NCBI GenBank assembly: GCA_963627885.1
Contig: CAVGCT010000019.1
Location: 391-64,390, forward strand
Length of the DNA: 64,000 nt
Source: a bacterium
Lineage (GTDB): Bacteria; Bacteroidota; Bacteroidia; Bacteroidales; UBA932
Reading direction: 5' to 3'
A model generated the notes under the pieces. It worked only from the letters and a program-made list of their open reading frames with translations, had not been told where the DNA came from and ran no database searches. Both the position numbers and the translations under genes were made by a program. Of the stretch, positions 54,278 to 63,078 are shown in pieces (positions within the stretch are counted from its first letter, which is position 1; each line of letters begins with the position of its first letter).

Positions 54278-57200
54278 TTAAGCGGCCTTGATCCGCGCCT
54301 GCTTCTGCTGCCTGCGCTTCTCCTGACGCGTTGCAAAGACACAATAGATGGTCGGAATGAGGACAAGGGTGACTAGGGTCGAGATGGAAAGACCCCATGC
54401 CACTGTAACGCCCAGCGAGCGCCACATCTCCGCGCCTTCTCCGTTTCCGATTGCCATAGGCACCATACCGAGCACGGTGGTGAGGGTGGTCATGAGGATA
54501 GGACGCAGACGGCTTCTCGCCGCGATCTCCGTAGCCTCAAGCACCGATTTGCCCCGCTCCCGCATAAGTATGGTGTAGTCTATCAGCACGATACCGTTCT
54601 TCACGACTATACCCAGCAGGATTATGATGCCTATGAGAGCCATGACTCCCAGGGCGGTTCCCGTAATCCATAGCCCCAGGAACACTCCCACGAAGGCGAA
54701 CGGCACCGAGAACATGATGACGAACGGACTCATGAAGGACTCGAACTGGGAAGCCATCACCATATAGACCAGTATCAGTATGAGGAACATGAGCACGCCC
54801 AGGTTCTTGAACATCTTCTGCTGGTCCTCATAGTCTCCGGAAATGGCGGTGCTGATAGTGGTCGGCATGTCGGTATCGGCGACTATGGTGTTCACCGCGT
54901 CAACCGCTTCGCTGAGGGCCTTGCCCTTGGCCACGATTCCGGTGATGGAGATATATCTCTCACGGTTTTTCCTCTCGATGGTCGGCGGCACCTTGGACTC
55001 CTTGATGGTTCCGAGATCCCTGACCCTGACAGGTTTGCCCATACCGTTGTAGATGATGACATTCTCGATGTCCTCCACGCTATTTCGGTTGGCCTTCTCA
55101 TATCTGACGCGGATGTCATACTCGTCTCCGTCCTCCCTGTAATAGGAGCCCACGGAACCGTTCATGGCGGCGCTGAGTTCGGCGGCGGCGGTGGAAGAGT
55201 TGAGTCCGTTGGCGGCAAGCTTGGTCCTGTCGAAGTCCACTATGTACTCCGGAGTGTACTCGTCGCGGCTGAGCACCACCTGGGTGAAGGCCTCATTGTC
55301 AAGCATTTTGGACTGAATGGCGCGAGCTACGTTCTCGGTCTCTTCAAAGTCATAGCCATAGACCTCCAGCTTCAGCGAAGAGGCGCCGCCTACTCCGCCC
55401 ATACCCTCGGTTACAGTTCCCTTCTTGATCTCGGGATACTCCCTCATGTCCGCCCTGATAATGTCGGCAAGCTCGGACGAGGAACGGTGTCGGGAAAGTT
55501 TGGACCCGATGTTTATGTTCATGGATATGATGTTGGCTCCGTTGTCCATGATGCTGGCGAGGGCGTTGTCGGAACCTGCCTGACCGAATCTGTACTGAAG
55601 CACCTTTATCTCGGGGATATCCTGCTTGATGCGCTCGGAGAATGTCTTGACGAACTCTCCGGTCACACTCTGTCCGGTTCCCACGGGAAGCTGGATTTCA
55701 ACCGTCAGACGGTCGGAATCCTGAGTGGGGAAGTACTCTGTCTTGAGACCGGGGACGAAGAAGACAACGGCCGCCACAAACGCCGCGAGCGCGCTGAAGA
55801 TCACCGTCTTCCTGTGGGTCACGGCCCATGCGATTATCTTGGCGTATCCGTCGGATATCTTGCCGAGGAACTTCTCCACAGGGTCAAAGATGGCTCTGTG
55901 CAACTTTCCGTTTTTTGGCTTGTTGCTCAGCATCTTGGAGCACATCATGGGCACAAGGGTGAGAGCCGCGGCGGTGGATATTATCATGATTATGCTCACG
56001 ATCCATCCAAGCTGCTTGAACATGATTCCGGCCATTCCGGAAACCATGGTCAGGGGCAGGAACACGCAGAGCATGGTGAGGGTGGACGCGATGACGGATA
56101 TGCCCACCTCGGAAGTTCCGTGCACGGCGGCCTCCTTTGGCTTGTCTCCCCTCTCAAGATGGGTGGACACGTTCTCCAGCACCACTATGGCATCATCCAC
56201 GACCATACCTATGGCTATGGAGAGAGCGGACATGGAGATGATGTTCAGAGTGTTGCCGGTGGCATACAGGTAAACCAGAGAGCCCAGCAGGGCGATAGGG
56301 ATGGAAAGCACGATAATGAACGTGGCCCTCCACCGGCCCAGAAACACATACACCACGAGCATCACCACGAACAGCGTGATAAGGATGGTGTCACGCAGGG
56401 AGTTGATGGTGTTCTGGATGGTCGTCGAGGAATCGTTGATGGTGACGATCTCCACGTCGGAGGGAAGCGTCTCCTTAATCTCGACAAGCTTCTTCTTCAC
56501 CGTCTTGACGACATTCACCGTGTTGGATCCGGTCTGCTTCTGAATGGACATCATCGCGGAACGGCGTCCGTTGGTGTAGGATTCCTGATACTTTTCCTCC
56601 AGCCCGTCGTGGATTCTGGCCACGTCGCGAAGGTACACGAGGTTTCCGTCATGCGAACCCACCACAATGTCAAGCAGTTCGCTCGGATCTTCAAACTCCT
56701 TCTCCACACGGAGAGTATAGGTCTCTTTTCCGATGTCTATGGTTCCGGAAGAGATGTTCCTGTTCTCGGCCGTGATGACGGAAGATATCCCGGTTATGGA
56801 CAGCCCGTATGCGGCAAGCTTGTCAGGATCACAATAGACTTGAATTTCGCGCTCGGGGGCGCCGATGACGGTGACCGAGCCGACTCCGTTGACTCGCCCG
56901 AGAGGGGTGGTCACCTTGTCGTCGAGTATTTTTTCAAGTCCGTCGAAGCTCTCGTCCGCGGTGGCGGAGAGGATCATGATGGGCATGTCGTCCATGCTGA
57001 ACTTGAACAGGTAGGGGGTGGAGGCTCCGGACGGAAGGCTCTGGCTCACCATGTCCAGCTTGTCTCGGATATTGTTGCACGCCTCGTCGATGTCGGTTCC
57101 ATACTCGAATTCGAGAGTGACCACCGATATGTTTTCCTTCGACGAAGACGTCAGGTTCTTAAGATTCTCCACGCCGTTGAGCGTGTTCTCCAGCACCTTG

Positions 57201-57391
57201 GTAAGGTTGGTTTCTATATCCGCCGCGCTCGCCCCCTGATAGGAGGACAACACCATCACCGTGTTCGCATCGAAATCAGGATACTGGGCGATGCTGGTGT
57301 TCATGAGCGAGAAGACACCGAATATCGCGAAGGCCGTGAATATCAGGGCCGTCGTGACCGGTTTGTTGACTGCGCTTCTGAATATGCTCAT
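54278..57391 (-). CDS. efflux RND transporter permease subunit (AcrB/HAE1-like)
   Basis: 1037 aa, 12 TM. TM4 motif GMVVDDAIVVLENV is AcrB-like, not the HME-type DFG..DGA..VEN. Confidence 0.93.
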   Translation of the reverse strand: MSIFRSAVNKPVTTALIFTAFAIFGVFSLMNTSIAQYPDFDANTVMVLSSYQGASAADIETNLTKVLENTLNGVENLKNLTSSSKENISVVTLEFEYGTDIDEACNNIRDKLDMVSQSLPSGASTPYLFKFSMDDMPIMILSATADESFDGLEKILDDKVTTPLGRVNGVGSVTVIGAPEREIQVYCDPDKLAAYGLSITGISSVITAENRNISSGTIDIGKETYTLRVEKEFEDPSELLDIVVGSHDGNLVYLRDVARIHDGLEEKYQESYTNGRRSAMMSIQKQTGSNTVNVVKTVKKKLVEIKETLPSDVEIVTINDSSTTIQNTINSLRDTILITLFVVMLVVYVFLGRWRATFIIVLSIPIALLGSLVYLYATGNTLNIISMSALSIAIGMVVDDAIVVLENVSTHLERGDKPKEAAVHGTSEVGISVIASTLTMLCVFLPLTMVSGMAGIMFKQLGWIVSIIMIISTAAALTLVPMMCSKMLSNKPKNGKLHRAIFDPVEKFLGKISDGYAKIIAWAVTHRKTVIFSALAAFVAAVVFFVPGLKTEYFPTQDSDRLTVEIQLPVGTGQSVTGEFVKTFSERIKQDIPEIKVLQYRFGQAGSDNALASIMDNGANIISMNINIGSKLSRHRSSSELADIIRADMREYPEIKKGTVTEGMGGVGGASSLKLEVYGYDFEETENVARAIQSKMLDNEAFTQVVLSRDEYTPEYIVDFDRTKLAANGLNSSTAAAELSAAMNGSVGSYYREDGDEYDIRVRYEKANRNSVEDIENVIIYNGMGKPVRVRDLGTIKESKVPPTIERKNRERYISITGIVAKGKALSEAVDAVNTIVADTDMPTTISTAISGDYEDQQKMFKNLGVLMFLILILVYMVMASQFESFMSPFVIMFSVPFAFVGVFLGLWITGTALGVMALIGIIILLGIVVKNGIVLIDYTILMRERGKSVLEATEIAARSRLRPILMTTLTTVLGMVPMAIGNGEGAEMWRSLGVTVAWGLSISTLVTLVLIPTIYCVFATRQEKRRQQKQARIKAA

Positions 57392-57410
57392 AACTTTTCT
57401 GCTGCAATGA

Positions 57411-58442
57411 TTACTCGGAAACTCTTATCTTGCTGCCGCTCTTGAGGTTGGCGCTTCCCTTGACCGCCACCACATCTTTCTCGGACAGTCCGGAGAGAAT
57501 CTCGTAATGATCTCCGACGTGTCTTCCGATGTTGACAAGCACGCTCTTCACGGTGTTGTCGTCCTGCACGACATAGACAAGCCTCTGACCGGAGCCCTGC
57601 TGCTTGACCACAGCCTCGTCAGGGACGACTATGCTGTGGTTGACCCCGAAGGTGACGGCCACCTTGGCATACATTCCGGGGCGGAGGGCCCTGTCGGAAT
57701 TGGGAACCTGAATCTCCGCGGTGAAGGTGTGCGAAGTCTGGTCTATGGTAGGATAAAGGAGCGTTATCTTCCCTTCGAAGGTGCGGCCGGGGATGGCGTC
57801 GGTCGTGATGGCGACCTTGTCTCCCTTGTGGATCTTGGTGTAGTCGGACTCGGAGATTCCCACAAGGAGTTTGACCGGAGTGATCTGCTGGACCACATAT
57901 ATGGGACTGCCCATGGAGTACATGTCTCCCTTGTCATAATTCCTGGCGGTGACCACGCCGCTGATGGGCGAACGGAGCACGGAGTTCTCGAGAAGATTCT
58001 CATAGGTCGTCTTGCTCACGTCGCAGGCGAGAACGGCCGAGTCATAGTCCGACTTGGAGACGCCGCCCTCCTCGTAAAGGCCGCGTATGCGGGCCAGCTC
58101 GGTGGAGTCATTGACATATTTGAGCTTGGCCTGAACCGTGGACACCTTGTCCATCTCGGCGAGGATCTGCCCCTTGGAGACATAGTCTCCGACCTCCACA
58201 TTGATCTTCTGGATTCTGAGGGAACTCTGGGGGGCGATGTTGTTCACGGCATAGGCCTCCACAGTGGAAGAGTAGTTCTCGTCCTGCACCACGTCCTGAT
58301 AGGCGGCCGTGGCTACGCTGACGAGGACTCCCTCGTCGGCCTTGACAACGTCAGCTGCATTTCCGGAAGTTTTTCCGCCACCGCAGGATGCGGCGGCAAA
58401 AGCCAGGCTGAAAAGCAGGATTGTTCTGATTGACTTGTTCAT
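57411..58442 (-). CDS. efflux RND periplasmic adaptor subunit
   Basis: 343 aa. Lipoprotein signal ...FAAASC, with biotinyl-lipoyl-like and beta-barrel regions. Confidence 0.88.
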   Translation of the reverse strand: MNKSIRTILLFSLAFAAASCGGGKTSGNAADVVKADEGVLVSVATAAYQDVVQDENYSSTVEAYAVNNIAPQSSLRIQKINVEVGDYVSKGQILAEMDKVSTVQAKLKYVNDSTELARIRGLYEEGGVSKSDYDSAVLACDVSKTTYENLLENSVLRSPISGVVTARNYDKGDMYSMGSPIYVVQQITPVKLLVGISESDYTKIHKGDKVAITTDAIPGRTFEGKITLLYPTIDQTSHTFTAEIQVPNSDRALRPGMYAKVAVTFGVNHSIVVPDEAVVKQQGSGQRLVYVVQDDNTVKSVLVNIGRHVGDHYEILSGLSEKDVVAVKGSANLKSGSKIRVSE

Positions 58443-58459
58443 ATCGCTTTATTTCTTTG

Positions 58460-59971
58460 TTATCTGGAGTTTGTATTCAGTCTGTCAAGGGCCACCTCTC
58501 CCTCATCGTCGAGAAAGTCATGGCCTAGAGTCTTTTCAAGATTGGACTTGGCCACCATATAGTCATAGACGGCCTGAGATCTGGACAGTTCCGCCTGAGT
58601 GAGGGTGAGGCGGGCGTCGTTGAGATCGGTGATGGTGCTCTTCCCCACATTGAAGGACTTTGTGGAGATGTCATAGGCCTTGCGGGCGAGCTCCACGGCG
58701 TCGAGAGCGGAATAGTAGCTCTTCATGTCGGTCTCCATGGTGGTGACATACTGGCGGACAGATATCTTCAGCTGGCGCTCGGTGTTGATCCTCTGCAGGT
58801 CGAGCTCGGCCTGATTCACCTTGGCCTGACGGACGTCATTGTACCGCTTCCCGCCCGAGAAGATGGGAATGGACAGGGAAAGTCCCGCATAGGAATAGGG
58901 CGACCACTTGTAGTTCGAGAACTTGAAGTCGTTTTCCATCGCGTACATGCTGTAGGAGTACGAGACCGCGAGTGTGGGCAGATAGGCATATTTCTGCAGC
59001 TGCACCGTCTTTGCGAGCTGCTCAGCCTGGATGGCAAGCTGGCGCAGCGAGGTGTTGCCCGAGAGGTCGGAATTCTCGTCCGAGGACATGTATCTCATCT
59101 CGGCGGCATAGTCGTCGAGACTGCCGGACACGTCCATGTTCATGTCGAGATCCACGCCCATGACGGCCTTAAGCTGCCACAGGGCGAGAATCACCTGGCT
59201 TTCGGAGCTGTAAACATTTGGGACCGCGGCGGCCACATTGGCCTTGGCCCGGGTATATTCGAGCTCGGAAGCCTTGCCGGCATTGTATTTCTTTTCAGTC
59301 AGTCCGAAATTCTCAACGGCGTTCTCGTAGACATCCTTGTACACATTGAATGCCTGCTTGGCCAGCAGCACGGCATAATAGGCCTGTTTCACCTGGGTGA
59401 CCATGTCGAGCCGCGAGGAACGCGCCTGCTCCACGGCAAGTTCCACGGCGTCACCGGAAATCTGTATGCTCTTCCAGAGCTGGGCGTTGACTATGGGAAG
59501 GCTGGCCGAAACGCCGGCGTTGAACGTGTTCCAGCGGCCGACCGAAAAGCCCGCGGCGGAAGACGAGGAACCGGAGCCGCCGGTGTCCCCGGAGTCGGTG
59601 TCCCCGGAATCCGTGCCGCCGCCCATGCCGCCCATGCCGCCCATGGCGTCAGAGTCTATGTCCATATACATGACCTGCTTCTTGATGGTTCTCTGGTAGG
59701 AGCCTGTGGCGTCCACCTGAGGAAAAAGAGACGCATAAGTGCCTTTCTTGGCATATTTCGCCTTTTCGATCTCCTTGTCGGCGACCTTGACGGACACATT
59801 TTCACTTAGCGCGACCTTGAGGGCGTCCTCAAGGCTGAGAACAACGGTCCCGGACGTGTCGGTCACGGCCGGAGCTTCTCCATCGATATACTGGGCCGAA
59901 GCCGCGGCGGGGAAAATCGCCGCAGCGGCGGCCAGCAAGAGAATGCTGAATCTTTTTTTCATATCTGTCAT
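58460..59971 (-). CDS. TolC-family outer membrane efflux protein
   Basis: 503 aa. Signal peptide and two OEP repeats. Unusual Gly/Met/Ser/Asp/Thr insertion at residues about 105-140. ATG overlaps the tetR stop (ATGA); alternative ATG at 59962. Confidence 0.85.
   Translation of the reverse strand: MTDMKKRFSILLLAAAAAIFPAAASAQYIDGEAPAVTDTSGTVVLSLEDALKVALSENVSVKVADKEIEKAKYAKKGTYASLFPQVDATGSYQRTIKKQVMYMDIDSDAMGGMGGMGGGTDSGDTDSGDTGGSGSSSSAAGFSVGRWNTFNAGVSASLPIVNAQLWKSIQISGDAVELAVEQARSSRLDMVTQVKQAYYAVLLAKQAFNVYKDVYENAVENFGLTEKKYNAGKASELEYTRAKANVAAAVPNVYSSESQVILALWQLKAVMGVDLDMNMDVSGSLDDYAAEMRYMSSDENSDLSGNTSLRQLAIQAEQLAKTVQLQKYAYLPTLAVSYSYSMYAMENDFKFSNYKWSPYSYAGLSLSIPIFSGGKRYNDVRQAKVNQAELDLQRINTERQLKISVRQYVTTMETDMKSYYSALDAVELARKAYDISTKSFNVGKSTITDLNDARLTLTQAELSRSQAVYDYMVAKSNLEKTLGHDFLDDEGEVALDRLNTNSR
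59581..59647. repeat. short in-frame tandem repeats inside the tolC-like gene
   Basis: cggtgtccccgga(g/a)t occurs twice (59581-59612) and catgccgcc occurs about three times (59621-59647). These encode (DSGDT)x2 and (GGM)x3 on the minus strand. Confidence 0.8.
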
Positions 59972-60603
59972 TTGTGTGTTTTCTTTTTTTCCTGAAGAGA
60001 CTGCAGTTCCTCCCAGCCCTTGGGCGTGAGAAGACAGTGGAATGCCATATCCTCAAATGCATCATACAGGGCCTTTGCAGACCGTTTTCTGCCGCTGTAG
60101 ATGAATTCACCTTTCAGATATCTGTTTATGGAATCATGGACCATGGCCAGAATCAGGACCACGGCGTCCCCGTCGAGATCCCGCCTGAAAGTTTCCTCCT
60201 CCATTCCCGTCTGCAGATAGGTCAACACTTTTTTCCTGCTGAGTTCCCTAACCTTTTTGGTGTGCTCGACGAATGTGTCGTGATAATACTTTTCAATGTC
60301 GCCACCCAACTTTTCGGAAAGCATGAACTCCCCTCTGGGCCTGTAGTTGACGAAAAAGAAAAGCCTCTCCACGCATGATTTTTCCTCACACGCGGAATCG
60401 ATGGCCTCCTTCACATGAGCCAGATGAAGATCGATCATCTCGCCCACAAGCTCCTCTTTGCTGCCATAGTATTGGTAGAAAGTCTTCTTGGAGATTCCGA
60501 GCTCATGGCAGATTTCATCGACGTTCACGTCACGCACGCCACGTTTCGAAAAGAGACGCTTCGCGACACCGAGGATCTGCCTCTTTACTGTATCCTGAAC
60601 CAT
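59968..60603 (-). CDS. TetR/AcrR family transcriptional regulator
   Basis: 211 aa. N-terminal HTH VDEICHELGISKKTFYQYYGSKEEL. First gene of the efflux operon. Confidence 0.85.
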   Translation of the reverse strand: MVQDTVKRQILGVAKRLFSKRGVRDVNVDEICHELGISKKTFYQYYGSKEELVGEMIDLHLAHVKEAIDSACEEKSCVERLFFFVNYRPRGEFMLSEKLGGDIEKYYHDTFVEHTKKVRELSRKKVLTYLQTGMEEETFRRDLDGDAVVLILAMVHDSINRYLKGEFIYSGRKRSAKALYDAFEDMAFHCLLTPKGWEELQSLQEKKKTHK

Positions 60604-60688
60604 TTGCTGTTAACTGTTTGTTCTTTATCCGACACAACGCGTATCGGCATTGCGAAGATAGTGCCAATGTTTCGGGTTCACCCTTATT

Positions 60689-60708
60689 TTTCAAAAGTTT
60701 TTTTGAAA
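60689..60708. promoter_or_regulatory. 8-4-8 perfect palindrome TTTCAAAA-GTTT-TTTTGAAA upstream of tetR (candidate operator)
   Basis: Read directly from the sequence, 86-105 nt upstream of tetR ATG 60603. AT-only, so chance occurrence in an AT-rich spacer is possible. Confidence 0.3.
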
Positions 60709-60755
60709 TATGCAAAGGCGCAAAACTCGATTACTAATTATAACTCAGCCACTTA

Positions 60756-60802
60756 AAATGTAAAAACTCAGAAACCAATAAAGTTTCCGAGTTTTTACAT
60801 TT
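60756..60802 (-). terminator. long AT-rich hairpin downstream of lgt
   Basis: ATGTAAAAACTC ... GAGTTTTTACAT (12 bp) with an inner GAAAC/GTTTC stem. T-runs flank it on both strands. Confidence 0.5.
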
Positions 60803-60825
60803 GTTGATTTATCGTTTAATCCCGA

Positions 60826-61683
60826 TCATGCCCCATGCGCAACCGCCGGAATCTTCTTCGTTCCGGCATAGACCAGAAATCCGATGCCGATAAGAATGAA
60901 AGGCACGCTCAGCAGCTGGCCCATATTCAGCGTCATCCCGGCCTCAAAGGCGACCTGGTTGTTCTTTATGAATTCTATCAGGAATCTCACGCCGAAACAG
61001 CCGGTGAGAAAGAATCCCACATAGAAACCTCGGAAAGTCCTGTCAAGACGCCACTTATATATGAGTATAAGTATCACGCCGAGCAGGAGATAGGAAAAGG
61101 CTTCGTACAGCTGGGTGGGATGGTGCGGCAGGCGCTCCGGGTCGTCTGCGACGGCGGGATTGATGTTCCGCTCAAAGATGAAACCCCATGGAAGGTCGGT
61201 GACCCGCCCGTAGATCTCTGAGTTGAACAGATTCCCCATCCTTATGAAAAATGCGGCGAAGGCCACCGCTATCGCAAGATGATCTATGAGCCAGAGGAAA
61301 TCAAACCCGTTCTTCTTGCCGTAATGTTTCGCAAACCACCACATTCCCAAAAACAGGGCGATGGTCCCGCCATGGCTGGCAAGACCGCCCTTCCACGGCA
61401 TGAAGATCTCCTTAAATCCTTGCCAGCTTCCGAGATAATAGTCGGGCTGATAGAACAGGCAGTGTCCCAGGCGCGCACCCACCACGGTGCATATCAGAAG
61501 AGTGAAAAGGAGAGGGTCAAGGATTTCCTCCCTGATCCCCTCTCTTTTGAAAAACCACTTGAATATATACCATCCGAGAATGAACCCGCTGACGAAGAGC
61601 AGGGAATACCAGCGTATTTCCAGGCTCCCGAGATGGATCAGAACAGGGTCGACATTCCAACGGATGGCCAGCAGTCCGTTCAT
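60826..61683 (-). CDS. lgt: prolipoprotein diacylglyceryl transferase
   Basis: 285 aa. Lgt signature HHPTQLYEAF, multi-TM. Confidence 0.93.
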   Translation of the reverse strand: MNGLLAIRWNVDPVLIHLGSLEIRWYSLLFVSGFILGWYIFKWFFKREGIREEILDPLLFTLLICTVVGARLGHCLFYQPDYYLGSWQGFKEIFMPWKGGLASHGGTIALFLGMWWFAKHYGKKNGFDFLWLIDHLAIAVAFAAFFIRMGNLFNSEIYGRVTDLPWGFIFERNINPAVADDPERLPHHPTQLYEAFSYLLLGVILILIYKWRLDRTFRGFYVGFFLTGCFGVRFLIEFIKNNQVAFEAGMTLNMGQLLSVPFILIGIGFLVYAGTKKIPAVAHGA

Positions 61684-61695
61684 CGGCTTGGAATT

Positions 61696-62949
61696 TTATT
61701 CCTCGATTGCGGCGATCCCGGGAAGCACCTTGCCCTCAATGGCCTCAAGCATTGCGCCGCCGCCGGTGGAGACATAGCTCACCTTCTCGGCATAGCCCAT
61801 CTGGGTCACGGCTGCGACAGAGTCACCACCGCCGACAAGCGTATAGGCGCCATTCTTTGTAGCCTCCGCAAGATCCTCTGCGATGGCGAGGGTGCCCTTT
61901 GCAAAATTAGGCAGCTCGAACACGCCCACGGGGCCGTTCCAAAGCACGGTCTTGGAGGAGAGGATTATCTTCTTCCAGTTCTCAAGAGACTCGTCGGAAG
62001 CGTCCATTCCCTCCCATCCGTCAGGAATTTCGTTGATGGGATACACTTTGCGGGGAGCGTCATTGCTGAATTCCTGAGCGCATACGGTTGCGACTGACAG
62101 GCAGAGATTCACGCCCTTCTCCTTGGCCTCCCTGATGATCTCGAGGGCATCGGGAATAAGTTCGTCCTCATGGAGAGAGTTTCCGATGTGGCCGCCCTGG
62201 GCCTTGATGAAGGTGTAGCCCATTCCGCCGCCGATGATGAGGTTGTCCACCTTGCCGAGCAGATTCTTGAGAACCGCGAGCTTGGAGGAAACTTTGGACC
62301 CTCCGATAATGGCGGTGAAGGGACGGCGTGCGTTCTTGAGGACGTTATCGATGGCCTTGACTTCACCCTCCATCAGGTAGCCGAACATCTTGTCGTTAGG
62401 GAAATACTTGGCTATCAGAGCCGTGGAGGCATGTGCGCGGTGCGCTGTTCCGAATGCGTCGTTGATGTAGCAGTCGGCATAGGACGCCAGCTTCTTGACA
62501 AACTCCTTCTGGCTTGCCTTGACGGCGGCCTTTGCGACAGCCTTCTCCTCGTCGGACGCATCCTCAGCAAGTCCTCTGGGCTTGCCTTCCTCTTCGGCAT
62601 AGAAGCGGAGGTTCTCAAGCAGAAGGGCCTCGCCGGGCTTGAGAGCCGCCACCTGAGCGTCGGCCTTCATGCAGTCGTCGGCAAATTTCACGTCCACGCC
62701 GAGGCACTCGGACACATGGGCGACAATATGCTTGAGGGAATATTTAGGATCCACTTTCTTGGGTCTTCCGAGATGTGACATGATGATGAGAGAACCGCCC
62801 TCGGAAAGAACTTTCTTGAGGGTGGGCATGGCACGGCGTATACGGGTGTCATCCGTAATGTTGAAGTTCTCGTCGAGAGGGACGTTGAAATCGACTCTGA
62901 TAATGGCTTTCTTGCCCTTGAAGTCGTAGCTGTCAATGTGCTGTTGCAT
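61696..62949 (-). CDS. pgk: phosphoglycerate kinase
   Basis: 417 aa. RVDFNVP and GGGDS motifs. Confidence 0.97.
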   Translation of the reverse strand: MQQHIDSYDFKGKKAIIRVDFNVPLDENFNITDDTRIRRAMPTLKKVLSEGGSLIIMSHLGRPKKVDPKYSLKHIVAHVSECLGVDVKFADDCMKADAQVAALKPGEALLLENLRFYAEEEGKPRGLAEDASDEEKAVAKAAVKASQKEFVKKLASYADCYINDAFGTAHRAHASTALIAKYFPNDKMFGYLMEGEVKAIDNVLKNARRPFTAIIGGSKVSSKLAVLKNLLGKVDNLIIGGGMGYTFIKAQGGHIGNSLHEDELIPDALEIIREAKEKGVNLCLSVATVCAQEFSNDAPRKVYPINEIPDGWEGMDASDESLENWKKIILSSKTVLWNGPVGVFELPNFAKGTLAIAEDLAEATKNGAYTLVGGGDSVAAVTQMGYAEKVSYVSTGGGAMLEAIEGKVLPGIAAIEE

Positions 62950-62980
62950 ATATCAAAAAATTTAAACTTTCTCAAGGGTG

Positions 62981-62988
62981 CAAAGTTA
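62981..62988 (-). promoter_or_regulatory. -7 promoter box TAACTTTG upstream of pgk-lgt
   Basis: TAnnTTTG match on the minus strand, 32 nt upstream of ATG 62949. Confidence 0.5.
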
Positions 62989-63049
62989 GTCATTTCCACG
63001 GTTTCTTGAGTCTTTTGGACACGCGTTTTTGATTTTGTCGGTTTAACCT

Positions 63050-63057
63050 TACCTTTG
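63050..63057 (+). promoter_or_regulatory. -7 promoter box TACCTTTG upstream of the SAM-dependent methyltransferase
   Basis: TAnnTTTG match 22 nt upstream of ATG 63079. Confidence 0.5.
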
Positions 63058-63078
63058 CGTGAAAAATTCCGAAAACAA

